DNA of 64,000 nucleotides, from contig CM119266.1 of assembly GCA_051294375.1 (NCBI GenBank), positions 21,404,305 to 21,468,304 of the forward strand. The letters are read 5' to 3'. Below, one piece after another: positions 1 through 12,619 of this stretch. Both the position numbers and the translations under genes were made by a program. Under the pieces are notes generated by a model that searched no databases, had not been told where the DNA came from, and saw only the letters and a list, made by a program, of their open reading frames with translations. Origin of the DNA: Paraspadella gotoi. Taxonomy: Eukaryota > Animalia > Chaetognatha. Position 1 is the stretch's first letter. Each line of letters opens with the position of its first letter.

Positions 1-452
1 AGAAAAAAAATTGGGTCATCCAGACTGGGACGTGAATAAACGAGGCGAAAATATTTCATTTCTTATTGAAACGAAAGACGAATTCGACCCGTTTATCCAA
101 TCGCGAAAGTGACAGGAGGAAAAAAAAACCCATTCGTGAGCTGATGCGGTTTTGATGGATGAGATCGAAGAAGGTTTTTTTTATTTGTTTTTTCGTCTTT
201 GTTTCGCCAGGAAAAAAAATCGTTCATGTAAAATAGAAATAAAAAAAATAATCTCCCTTCCTTATCTTCGACTTCACAACCATCTCACCAAACCCCCCCT
301 CGGGCAGAAACAACAACGACAACCAAAAAAAAACAACGCCAACCACACCGACAACGAAAACAACTAGAACCGAAATCTCCCCCCCCCTTCACCCCTCTCA
401 ATTCCCCCAACTTATCCCCCCCCCCCAGAAACCGAGAACCCCCTTCGCCCAC

Positions 453-732
453 CTGTTCGTCGATCCTCCGAGTCTGTTCCTCAGCTTCGTCGTCTTCGTC
501 GTCGTCGTCGTCGTCGATCTCGTCGTCGCCGACGTCGTCCGTCTCCAGGTGAACCTCGATGGCGTCGATGCAGCGGCGAAGGCTCTCGAGTCGGGCTCTG
601 GCCAGATCGACGGGCGTCTCGACGGAATCGAGGGTCGTCTTCCTCCGCAGCCTCGTCGCGTGAGAGGGTCGGGGATCGGAGAGCCAATCGGCGAAGTCGG
701 GATCGATCCGGGGATGACGGGGATTGGCGAAG

Positions 733-764
<32 letters not shown>

Positions 765-1616
765 AGAGGAGACGCGCGGATGATGAGGCGGGCGAAGGTG
801 AGAGGGCGGGTGGAAGGAATCGTGGAGGGATGCATCGTTTTGGATGAAGGAGGGTTGGTGGCGATGATGAAGCGGGTCGTCGACGGGTGGGCGTGTAAGG
901 AGATGGGGAGAGTCGTGTCGAGGGCTGTCGGCAAGGAGATCGTGGCGACTGGGGTGCGCGGGTCGATCGATGTGGTCGTTGCTTTGGTTGAGGTGTTGGT
1001 TGTGGAGAAAGAGATGGTTGGACCGAGCTCGAGGCGAATAAGAAGAGAAGTTTTGAGTGCGAGGGGAATGAGGGAAGGTGGAAAAAGAGGAAGGTGGGTC
1101 GTTAGAAAAGTATGAAAGATGCGATCCGTTGGAGTGGGGAAGTGAGGAAAAGGGTAAGGACGAAGAAGTTATCGAATTCCGCGGCGTCGTCGATTCGGTC
1201 CTCAAGGGCGAAGGAAGTTTAGTGGACAACGACGCGGAATACGGAGAGAGCGGGTCGGGATGGAAAGGGGCGTAGCTTCGTTCGAGCGGAGTTTGGGAGT
1301 TCGAGTTAAAGAGGGCGCTAGGGTCGGGGTTGTAATGAGAGAAGCCGCGACGAGGTTGTGGGGGAGAGGCTGGAATGTAAGACCTTCTTCGCTGTGAAGG
1401 GGAAGAAGGAGTCGTGGTCAAGAAGCGGTCGAAGTGGAGAGAGTTGCGGACGGAGTTGTGGTCGAGGTTGTGGTCGGAAGAGCGATGCCCCGGCAGGTGG
1501 GAGGATCGAGAGTTGTGGTGGTCGGAGTTGTGGTCGAAGTTGTGGTCGGAAAAGCGATGCCCCGGTAGGTGGGAGGATCGAGCGTTGGCGCCGGCCTTGT
1601 CTCGATGGGGATTCAT
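453..1616 (-). CDS. Large exon of an unknown Ser/His/Pro-rich low-complexity protein with an acidic, probably coiled-coil C-terminal segment; the gene probably continues leftwards
   Basis: 443-codon open frame in GC-richer sequence. It contains the helical-looking segment VDLARARLESLRRCIDAIEVHLE and then a D/E tract. A splice donor CAG|GTGGGC sits at 453/452, after which composition becomes intron-like. No domain recognised. Confidence 0.5.
1451..1582 (-). repeat. Two-copy 72-bp in-frame tandem repeat (24 aa, RSSHLPGHRxSDHNxDHNS...)
   Basis: Near-identical units at 1451-1510 and 1523-1582, with period 72 bp. Confidence 0.85.
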
Positions 1617-1845
1617 CTCCGGAGGAGTCGTCCTTGGACGGATTCCAATAAAATTTTAAATAGCTATAAAAGTTATCTATTTTAGTTACTACGTATTATT
1701 TATTTCTGGTGATCAAGACCTCGATAAAGGCGACTGGACTAATGTCTTCTGATTTTATCAACGCGTTAACTGATACACATTGAGGTGATCTGTAACCAAA
1801 CCGACCGAATCGATGGTGACCTTCATTGAGGGAAAGAAGAAGGGT

Positions 1846-1957
<112 letters not shown>

Positions 1958-2635
1958 GAGAGATAAAATCACCTAAATTTATCTTCGGTTTTTAGGTTTT
2001 TTTATTGATTTTTGTTTGCCGTGGATCGCTGACGTTGATTCGAACCATTTTTTTATGAGTTCAGCCCCAAAAAATTTTTTCTTTTTTTTCTTTTTCTTTC
2101 TTTTTCTTCTTTCATGAACGAAATTGCAAAAGATGAGCTTCGTTCCGAACAGAACCCGAAATATATTTTTCCTCGAGGCCATAACATTCGCTTTGAATTA
2201 CGGTTGTTTAATGTTGTTTGTACATTTGATTTTTTGGGGCCACTTTTTGTTATGAAAAAGAGCTGAAAATGTCGGCATTTGTAGATAAATGATAGCTTGC
2301 GTTAAATACTGCTGATACACATACTAAGCGCAGAATTGTCGAAATATTATTTTGCAATGTAATAATAATATAAGACGTTACCTTAAATCCTTTTTTTCTA
2401 TATCCCTTCTCCAACTTTTGAAAACAAAAGCTAAACACAACCAGAAGTCCGTTTAAAAAAAAAAACATGAAATGGATCTCTCTCCTTCACTCATGGGGTT
2501 TCCGAGGCTCTTTGTAAGCTCCTCGCATTTCTCTCTCTCGATGATAGAAATAAATTTGTTTTTTGTGAAAATGTTGTAAATGACGTTAAGTACGATGGGA
2601 TTTAAACAGGGAATGATTTTACATTTATACCTTAT

Positions 2636-2725
2636 ACCAAAGCCTGTCCAATGTCATGGGCAAGATAGCTTATTTAATAAATGAGTTGATAATTTTTATA
2701 TTGGTTGTACCAAGTTCATATTTCA
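2636..2725 (-). repeat. Fragment of dispersed repeat family A
   Basis: CCAAAGCCTGTCCAA...AAGATAGCTTATTT...TATATTGGTTGTACCAA is the reverse complement of about 8630-8715 and is co-oriented with 14580-14640. Confidence 0.7.
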
Positions 2726-2782
2726 TATTATAATTCATTATTTTAGAGGTTTATTCAAGAAACATACTGTTCAGAAAAGGAG

Positions 2783-2869
<87 letters not shown>

Positions 2870-3054
2870 AAAGAAACAATACACTTATTCCCCATTCCAT
2901 TAGATTTTTAACGCTGCTTTTCCAATGAAAATGTTATTCATAAAAAAATATTCACATTTTTCGGGCAAAATTTTAAAGCAATTTTATTTTCTTCTAATTC
3001 TGCGTTGTGATTTTGTGACTATATTTTGTGTTAGAATCTCTCAATGCCGTTGCC

Positions 3055-3136
3055 CACACAAGATTCCGAACTTCGATCGGGCTGTAGTCCGTCACTACAG
3101 GTGAGTTAGAAGCCCCGTCCCGCTTTTTCTTGTGTG
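3055..3136 (-). ncRNA. Structured RNA element resembling a circularly permuted (P5-type) twister ribozyme
   Basis: The minus strand reads CACACAAGA-AAAAGCGG-GACG-GGGCUUC-UAACUCAC-CUGUAGU(GACGG)ACUACAG-C-CCGA(UCGAAGU)UCGG-AA-UCUUGUGUG. It has a perfect 9-bp closing stem, a 7-bp P3-like hairpin, a 4-bp P4-like hairpin and a UAA motif. P1 and P2 are weak. Confidence 0.35.
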
Positions 3137-4192
3137 AATGATCATGGCGCGAACCCCAGTTATTTGGGTTAGGAGGAGCTCGGGCGCTATAGGTGTTGCT
3201 GATTCTCGGACGAGTAGCGGGGTATGAAATACTACCGCTACAAGATTTTATTTATTCCTTTGCACGCGCAAATAGCAACATCCGCTAATCAAAAAAATGA
3301 ACAAAACAGCCGAAGAAGACTTAGTACCTAGAGGTGTCGCCCCGGAACATGGTCCGCTGCTGTCGATCGCCTGTCGGAAGCGGCCTGTCGCGAGGCAGAT
3401 GCCTGACGTCAACATCGAGCGGCGGTCGGGACTTTGACGCGGACAAGGCGTTGGGCGAGTCTTCAAGGCGAGATGGTCGCGACATGATGAAGGCGCGATT
3501 GGGGGTTATCGTTGTTTTTAAAATTCTTTGCCGTGAAATATCATTTTTTTTATTATTTTTTTAAAGCTAATTTTATTTCTCATTTTTTAAAATTTTTCTT
3601 AGTTTTAATAATTGACTTTTTTTCAGTTTCCGTTAGAGCTTGTAAACTTTGTTTTCTTTTGGCTCTCTCTGTTTTATGCCCCCCGCCAATCGAAATTAAG
3701 AATTTTAATTAAAAAAAGCGAAGATTTTTAAGGCCTTTTTTTTTAAAACCGAGATCGCGTTTCACGGGAAGGTCACGGCGTTCGACTGACGTTTCAGGTA
3801 AAAAACTGCTTCTTTCGCCGGTTGGGCTTCATGTGATTTGTTGGGCTTTTCGCCGGTTGGGCTTCAGGATGATTAACACGTGACCACAATCTCGATCAGC
3901 TAGTTTATCTCCATCGTTATCATTCAATAAGTAAAAAGAATTATCAATTTTCCTTTTAATTCGTTTCATTTGTAAAGTAATTGATTTGTTTAATTAAAAA
4001 ATTACACCAATAAGTTTTGTGATTCCATTTAGATTAGAAAAAATCCCTTCCATGTTTATTTAAACACACTTTAACAATTAACTATTTCTTCCCGTGTCAC
4101 AAACGTCAATAAACATTATATAATCCAAAAATAGACAAATGATTATATTTAGAATAATTCGCAGGAGATGATGATCGACGCAGGTCACGTGA

Positions 4193-4534
4193 TCAAGCCA
4201 TGACCGGATCCGGCGAGGGCGAATCCTCTCGGCGCCGGAAGACGTTGACGTTGTTCTTGAGCCAAGTTTTGGTGGCGGAGGCGCGCAGTTTTTTCGAGTT
4301 ATCGCCGTCGAGGGCGAAGCCCAACTCCGACATCCGATCGACGACATGCTCCAAGGGACGACTTGTTCACGGTGGCTCAGGCCGCCCTGACCCACTTGGC
4401 CCAGGAGATGCACGAGACCTTCTTTGGCGTGACGGACCAAATTGTCGAGGTATATTCTGGAGAAAAAAAATTTACGATACCGGGTGAAAATTTCCCTTTT
4501 GTTTTTTATAATGCGAGTATAATTGTACTTAATA

Positions 4535-4592
<58 letters not shown>

Positions 4593-4626
4593 AATACAAT
4601 TCATAATACAATCAATACAATTAATT

Positions 4627-4678
<52 letters not shown>

Positions 4679-4736
4679 CCTCTCTCTCTTAATACAATTC
4701 ATAATACAATTCAATACAATTCTACTCCTTTCTCTC

Positions 4737-4812
<76 letters not shown>

Positions 4813-5699
4813 CTTCACCCACTTCTCATATTGTCTCGGAATGTGTTCGGCGACTTCGAGACTGAGGACCCATCGAAGACAGGAAGGCCGAAGGCGGGGA
4901 CGGTCAATCAAGATGACGAACGGTTTCATCTGAAGTTGCTCCACGAAGGGCGCTCCGTCAAAGGCCGTGTAGGACTTCAAGAGACCCGTCTTGTCGAGCG
5001 CGCGTTTGTAGAGGCCGGGGCCGTCGCCGAAGCTGCCGACCGCTTGCCTAAAGAAGAAATAAGGACAAAATGAATAAATGATTATAAAAAATGTATGAAA
5101 GGTGCAAAACTCATTGTTTTACTAAATTAAACAAATTTGGAAAGAAATAATTATATAACGTTAAAAATATATCGAATATATTTTAAATCAATAAACTTAA
5201 TATATTTACATTTAAATTGAGAGAGGGATGTGAGTGTTGTTTTCTAGAAATAGAGGGCACATCTACCCAACACGAGGTTAAAACCATGTTCACTTGTTCA
5301 GCCCTAAGTTTCTAATTAAATATTAAACTTCGTTCTTGTCAGGAAGTCATTTATTGCAATATAAAAATATATAAATGGAATTTAGGTTACGTATGATCGG
5401 TCCTGCTGAATTTATTACAGATTTAACCAAAAAAATTGTAAATCCGTTTCACCGGTGAAAAAAGTAGCAAGTTGAGCGATGAGTTTATAATCGGTCGAGT
5501 GTTGCCGACTCTCGGATTTTCCCGCCTCTTTGCACCAACCGCCCAAACTGCTCACGCTCGTCTCCTTATTCGCCTCCTTTTTCTCTTTGTTGTCTTTGTT
5601 TTCTTTCTTCTCTTTATTATTGTCTTCTAATCGGCACTGATACTGCATGTAGTCCTTGGCGAGAGCGTTGGCTTTCGCCGACAACTCGTCCCGTTGTTT
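4193..5699 (-). CDS. Class I SAM-dependent methyltransferase, 5'-partial, at least 3 exons: about 5699-5453, 5047-4823, 4456-4193. Contains several single-base indels (assembly error or pseudogene).
   Basis: The joined translation gives GGWC...H.TD.KL..QL..FF.G / VGSFGDGPGLYK (SAM-binding motif I) / SYTAFDGAPFVE / WVLSLEVAEHIP.QYE / IYLDNLVRHAKEG / ISWA..GQGGLSH / VDRMSELGF...KLRASA...WLKNNVNVFRR-stop. Acceptors are CAG (5702-5700), TAG (5050-5048) and CAG (4459-4457). Donors are GTGAAA (5452) and GTGGGT (4822). The phase-2 junction AA|A is consistent. Confidence 0.8.
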
Positions 5700-6599
5700 C
5701 TGGATGAGTTTAAAGACAATTTTTGACAAGAAATTGTGTATTTATGTTTTTTATGTATTTATAACTGTCTTATAGTTTGTAGTACGATTAGCAGAGTTCT
5801 TAATGAGGAAGAGGTAGATCTAGTTTCGGTTCGATTTTTTATCGTAGCTTGACGGCGAAGCCGGGTCAGGCTCTATAATGTTTTAGGGTTGCTTCTTTGT
5901 GACGTAGTCGTCGTCGTTCGTCGTCGTCGTTCGTCACGCTGTTTTGTATTATAAAAACTACTACGCTTTTATAGGTTTGGCGTGACTTACCGTTTTTTTT
6001 AAAATATAAAATATTATGAATTATGATAAAGTTTTACAAAAGTGTGCAATCATAGTAAGTTAAAAATTTAGATATGGCTTTTCATCTTGAAATAGCTGTG
6101 ATATTTTCATATTACATTTGGATTTAAGTATTTTTTGTTTGGAATTTCCACGTTGCAATTGAATGATTTATGCATGCAATATGCAATAATATGAGAAATG
6201 CTTTAATCTAATTTAAATATTGCAGTATATATAATATTGAAGATGAAATTCAAAAAAAATTTTTTAAATTTTAATAAAATGGGAACTCAAAGGATTTTTT
6301 AATGAGAAGCTATATCTTAATTTTAATACAAATAAAAATAAAATCTCGTTTACGAAGCTGGCGATTGGGAAAAAAATTGCGAAAAAATTCACATTGTAAA
6401 CATATTGTAACATATTTTTGCCTTTCTTATTTCTTTAAAATTATTATAGTATATTTTTTTTCTTTTTCTTTTTCAGGCTCTGCAGTGACTGTACAGCGGC
6501 CTTCCAGCAGCTGTCCAGCTTTATCTCTCTTTCTCTCTTTTTCTCTGTACGATCTCATGCCTGATCGTTCGTTTTTGAAAAATTCTGATTATTTTTTCC

Positions 6600-7640
6600 T
6601 TTCTTAAAACTTTTATTATCGCATATTATTCCGCGCTTTTTTTTTCAATACAAAATCCTAATTTACATCCCGAGATTTTCCTGGATACAATTTAGAAAAA
6701 ATGTGAAGAATACTTATAACGAGTTCCGCCTACTGCCAGCGTCCTGTTCAGCTTTTCTTCTCTCTCTCTCTCTATCTCTCTCTCTCTCTCTCTCGTCTCT
6801 CTCTCTCTCTCTCTCTTTTCTCCTCTTCTCGCCTTCTCTCTCTCTCTCTCTCTTCCTATTTTTTTTAGTCACTTTTTTTTTCACTTGACCGTCACTGGTG
6901 ACGAGGGTAAATGACGTAAACGAGTTCCGCCTCTGCAGCGTCTGTTCAGCTTTCTCTCTCTCCTCTTCTCTTTCTCTCCTTTGCGTGATCGGTTCGTTTT
7001 TTAAAAAAATTATGATTATTTTTTTACTTCTAAAAACTTTTATTATCGCCATTTATTCTCGATACAAAATCCCAAATTTACATCCAAGATTTTCGTGGAT
7101 ACATTTGAGAAAAAAAAGTGAATAATAACTTATAATGCCATGCATGTCACATGAGTTCTGCTAATGTGAGAGGTAGGCAATAGCTTCCTTAATAAAGAAC
7201 AATAAAATTTCATTCAAGATTAAAATTTAAAATGAGGAAATTAAAATTTTTTTTTGATAAGTAATAATATTGGAAGTCAAAATATCATAGTATTTTCAAC
7301 TATATATTTTGTTAATGAGAGATTATAATTTTTTGACCGTTATTATGAAAATAGTTTAGCCTTATAGCGACGAGTTCATTTCATACAATCAATATCAATC
7401 TCATTAATTTTCAATAATATGCGCAAAAATAAGGTTTTCAACCTCATTTTGAACTAGATGAAGAAAAGACTTCAGTCTTATTTCAATTGAAAAAATAAAA
7501 ATAGTTAAGTTGCTTGGCTAATCACACTCTATAAAACAATTTTATTTTTATCACGCCACTTTTTTCTTAATACAAAATCCCAAATTTATTTCCGAGATTT
7601 CGTGGATTTTTATTTTTTTCCTTCTAAAAACTTTATTATT
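6600..7640 (+). repeat. Degenerate local repeat, about 3 partial copies
   Basis: AAAACTTTTATTATCGC...ATACAAAATCC(C/T)AA(A)TTTACATCC..GATTTTC.TGGATACA recurs at about 6606-6720, 7032-7135 and 7570-7640. AACGAGTTCCGCCT.CTGC.AGCGTC.TGTTCAGCTTT occurs at about 6718 and 6919. Confidence 0.7.
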
Positions 7641-7696
7641 ATTTTATTATTCTCTCTATATTTCTCTCTCAATCAACACTAGTGTCTGCTCTCTCG

Positions 7697-7732
<36 letters not shown>

Positions 7733-8624
7733 TCTCTCTCTAATTAACTCATCAAGGTCATACAGTGCGCACATGAATGACTACATCGCATCAATGAGAT
7801 GACTATAGTCGCATCGAGGATATGGAAACTAGATTGCATCGAGCATCAATGAGATGGATACATGCGATGCAATGACGAGGACGGTAGTCATCGCTATCAT
7901 GCAGAAGCGGGATTAGTGCATGCATCGAGATCAAGTTCGAGACTATCATCGCGATCCATTCCATGCGTTATCATGCGCACTTCAAGTCCCGTCGGTACAT
8001 GCGCGATCAATATGTTGCTATCACGCATTTCATATTTGTGTATGCATCGAGAAAGTAGGCTCGGATTCCTTCATGCTTTTAAGATTTTTTATAGAAATTT
8101 ACCTTTAGAACAAAGGCGATTAGAAATCGTTCGCGTGATTCTTCTTCTCTCGCTTTAAATCTTCAAAGTAATTCTGAAAATTTAGATATAATGGAAGTTC
8201 TGTTCATGGTAACTGTTTAATTTCCATGTAGCATTCTGCCGTTTTTACGGTTCTCACCCTCCCACGTTTTCTGAAAATAAATAACTGACCATGACAATAA
8301 TACTGTAAAACAGATAGTAGAATGCAAGGCTTCATTATTATGAAACTAATGAATCATGCTAAAAAGCTTTTTATTAAACTTCTTTGCTCATACACAAACT
8401 ATTTTGAGTAAGTTAGTAGCAAGGTTGAGCTTGTTCGTAATTTTAGGCGCCTACAAAAAATGATGAAACTTTTTTTCGAACTTTGCAGAAATTACATCGT
8501 AAATATAATATTACTCACTCGTAGAATAGTGTGACAAAATGCAAAGGTAGTTAAGATGATGATGCCAACTACGAAGTAGCAATGAAACCGCTTGGTAAAA
8601 CGACCACTGGAAAAGATAAATTAC

Positions 8625-8920
8625 AATTTTATGAAATTGGTACAACCAATATAAAAAATATCCATTCATTTAATAAATAAGCTATCTTGTCCCTGACTTT
8701 GGACAGGCTTTGGTGGTTTAAGGCCTCCATCACACTTACAAGATAATAACATAGCAGGATTCTGTAAGCTTTCAATCAAGACTCTCTCACAGTCTTATTT
8801 ATTCACTCCCAGTGAACCTGGCTTCCCTATCAATGAAGTGGTATAATATTTCAAAGAAAGTTTCAATTGTATGAAAAGACCACTCCCTTATATGAAATTG
8901 GTACAACCAATATAAAAATT
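8625..8920 (+). repeat. Dispersed repeat family A copy
   Basis: 8755-8890 recurs directly at 9751-9885 and inverted at about 14385-14620. Confidence 0.8.
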
Positions 8921-9269
8921 ACAATTATAAATAAACAAAAGATTGGTTTATTTCGTTTTTTCTAGATGCAGTATTTGTTTTCTTATTAGGTTACCGGGAA
9001 TATTTTCGTTTCAAAGAGAGAAAAGAAAAGTACAGAATACCAATTTGAAGTTTAACATTTCCCTATTAATGCTCTTGTTTTGTGATTCATTTCTACGATT
9101 TATCTCGATACGATTAGTTCAATTTTAAGTCTAGTGATAGTCATTTTTGATCATTGTCTAATCTACTGTCCAATTTGCTGTTTTCTAAATTGCATTATGT
9201 AAAATCACTGTGGCCCATGGTCTTCGGAAAATTTTAGTTTGGACGAACAACGATTTTATTTAAAAAATA

Positions 9270-9965
9270 AATACAAATACAAATACGTAGTGTTAGAGTT
9301 ACAATTTAACAATTTAAGTAATGTTAAGTTACGTTATGTTAACTCATGTTTTCGGTTTGTATTCGAAATTTAACTAATGAAAATTAAAACTGTAGCAAGA
9401 CCAACCTGTGTCCCTTGGTCATGTTGAGGCCATGAACATTTGATGACAACTTTAATTTAATATTCAAAGTCTTTTTCTTTTTTACGTTTTTCTTTACGAA
9501 AACATTTTTTCCGGTTTTTTTGTCCTATACCCATCAAAGGTCAGTTGATCGGAAAATATCTGCTAAAAGTATAGGAGATCTTAAACTTCCCTTTCGTAGT
9601 ATTCGCCGACCACTCTGAAAAATTTCATTTGAAATAAAGCTATTAGTGGTCGTATGGTACCATGTAAATCGTTAGATCTTCAAAACATGTTATTAATTTT
9701 TGTGTAATAAAGAGAAATATTTGTTAAAAAGTATAACGAANNNNNNNNNNGGTTTCTGCAAGCTTTCATTCAAGACTCTTTCACAGTCTTGTTTATTCAC
9801 TCCCAATGAACCTGGCTTCCCTATCAATGAAGTGGTATAATATTTCAAAGAATGTTTCAATTGTATGAAAAGACCACTCCCTTAAGTATTAGATCGGGGA
9901 ATATTATCTTGTACTCCGCACTAGCATCAAAATACAAGGAACTGAATTTTATGAAATTAAATATT
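9270..9965 (+). repeat. Left arm of a long inverted repeat
   Basis: 9270-9735 is the reverse complement of about 15290-15750, and 9751-9965 is the reverse complement of about 14295-14532. Differences are mostly indels. Confidence 0.8.
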
Positions 9966-12619
9966 AGATTTGGAGTTTTGCGAAGATGCTTCTAATATTT
10001 ATGATTATGTAGTTAATAGTTTGATTTTGTCTTTTTATGCCAATAATANNNNNNNNNNNNNNNNNNNNNNNNNGCCTTCACTGCTCATCTCTTTTTAAGG
10101 CACTCGCGGATCGGCCTCCGCGTGTCGCCTCTTTAAACCCGGCCTGCCGGCTTTTGTTAAAAAATATTATTTATAGTTTTGGTATTTGATATTAGGTTTT
10201 TTTAATATCAGAGAAATCGGTCATGAAAAAAAAATTTAAATGGAAGTAATTTTTGGCCAAGACATTTTGAGAGAGAGAGAGGGAGAGAGAGAAGAGAAAG
10301 AGAATAGAATGAAAGAGAAAAAAGAAATAGGAGATAAAGGATAAAGCTTCAAGAAAATACCTTAGGAAAAGAATGATTAATTGGAGAATAAGGACAGCTG
10401 GAGATAGAGCAGGGACAACAGATTTATTCTTATCATGACTTTAATTTAATTTTCTTTTTATTCACTCTTAAACTCGTGGGTCTGTACTTAAAAAGAATAG
10501 TAAAAATTTTTATATTTTCAACCTTAATGAAAAATTCATAGAAAGTTTAAACAATAGAACTAATCAATTCATACCTATGAATAATTTATTATATAAAAAT
10601 TGTATTATAGAATTTTTATGATATTAAGGCAATTTTTATGAGAATAATCATTTTCAGCGGCGGCAAGACATAAAATGAGGGGAGATACATTCATCGAGTA
10701 CGTCGGACATTCTAAACGTGAATGCCTAGACACCTCTACAAAAGAAAATAAAAATAACGCCCATTTTTTAAAATACACAAACAAAATGTTAAAAATGATG
10801 TTTTTTAACTACAGTCGTAGTAGAGTCTAAAAAATTATGATTCCAAGCAAGTTTTTTTTTTATTGAAGTTTTTTAAATTTTTTATAATCTTTTAGTATAA
10901 AATACAATGAGAAATATACTGCAACCACTGTGTGCTTCATTTTTTGTGTCAGAATTTCACGTCTTTCTCTATATCTCAATCATTAGTCTACCTAGAAGAG
11001 AAAGCTTTAATTTCCTTTGCATAGTAACGCAATGTTTCATCAGCAGTCTCTCATTTGCATGTTAAATACAATAACTAAACGCTAAAGTTATTGTAAAAAC
11101 AAGGAAACACATTGGGTAATTAGTAGTATGAAAAACTTATTCTGTGTCTGTATTATATAAAAAAAACTATTAGAAATGCTATAACGCATACTATGTGGTT
11201 TAGATTAAAATAAACCGTAATTTTAAATTTACTTTGCAATAAATAACGTACAAATAAACAATGCTTTGGTGGAAAGCGGCTTTCCTCTCGTCGCTTTCCT
11301 TTTTCTTTTTTCTGGCTGCTCTTTCCACTCTCCTTCTTTTGTTTTCAAAAAAATCTTACCAATTATTTCATACTGCATGTTTTCTCATTCTTTCGGTTTA
11401 ATAGCAGTAATTCATAAGTCAAATTTGTTGAATATTCATACTTATCGACCAAGATTTTGGCGGGGTATCGATGACCAAAAAAACAGTGATATCATAAGCG
11501 TCAAGATCTATGCTCTAAGCAGATCAGCTCAAAAAAAAACTTTTCTTTAAAAGCCAAAAAAAGAATAAATAAAATAAATATAAAACAGACCAAAAAATAG
11601 ACAGGAAATAAAAAGATTTAAAATTCATATCATAGAGATGGCTTTGGCCTTGCACGACTTGATTATTATTTAAAAACTATTAATTCTTTAATTTAAATTT
11701 TTATTGGTTCAGTTCCTTTCTATTGGTTCGGTCCTGTCTATCTATTTCTTGTTTCCCTTTACCGTTCCCTTTCGTGCCTCTTGGCCTCTGCCATTTACCT
11801 GTGCGCCTTTATTCTTTAATTACCATAATTCATAATTTTGTTTTCAGGGCAATGGTATTAGATTGCCGAAAGATTCTTGCAAGCTTTTCTACAAATGCCT
11901 AAAAGTAATGTTAAAATATAATAGAAAAAGACTTGACAAGAAATATTAGCCCATTTTTGTCTTTTTCATATTAATTTAATTTATTTTAATTAAATAACTT
12001 ACTCTCTCGACCTTCTCAGCTTCTTCTTTTCCTTTTCTTTCCCCTTTTTTGCTGCCTTTTCTTCAGCCATACCTCTTTCTCATTCTTTTTTTCTCTCTCT
12101 TAGTCTCTCTTTATATTTATATATATATATAGATATACTATATTTATATTTATATCTGGCTATGCTTTTTTCTCTCTGTCTTGCTCTCATCTTTTTGCAT
12201 CCTCTATTTTGGCGCTCTCCTCTGTCCACACTGCTTCCTTCTCTCCCTCTTCTATTTTGAATTATATTGTTTTTCATCATCTAGCAATATTGCACATTCA
12301 TTTTTTTGAAAATTGTTTTTTCACCGTTTTTTTTGAGCTGGTGTTTTTTATTATTTTGCTTTATATTATTTTAATATTTTAATATGATAATACTATTGTT
12401 TTAATTAAAGATTTCCAAAGTCAGGAACAAGAATAATTATTATACTGAAAAAAATGGATAATTGTTTACAGTGTTTGTACCAATTTTATGATTTGTTTTA
12501 TAAATAAATTGATAATATAGAATTGTTAATATAAAAATAAAAACTGTAATAATGTTAAAAAGTAATATAAATTAAACAAATACCAAAATAATAAAAATAA
12601 TAACAAGTTAAAAATAATA

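Noticed and set aside
549-1115. 188-aa plus-strand ORF
   Set aside because: It is the antisense shadow of the longer minus-strand frame, which has the better splice signal.
7780-8050. Recurring TGCATCGAG-like words resembling a CRISPR-like or spaced repeat
   Set aside because: Spacing is irregular and the units are highly degenerate. This looks like a noisy tandem repeat in low-quality eukaryotic sequence, with no cas genes.
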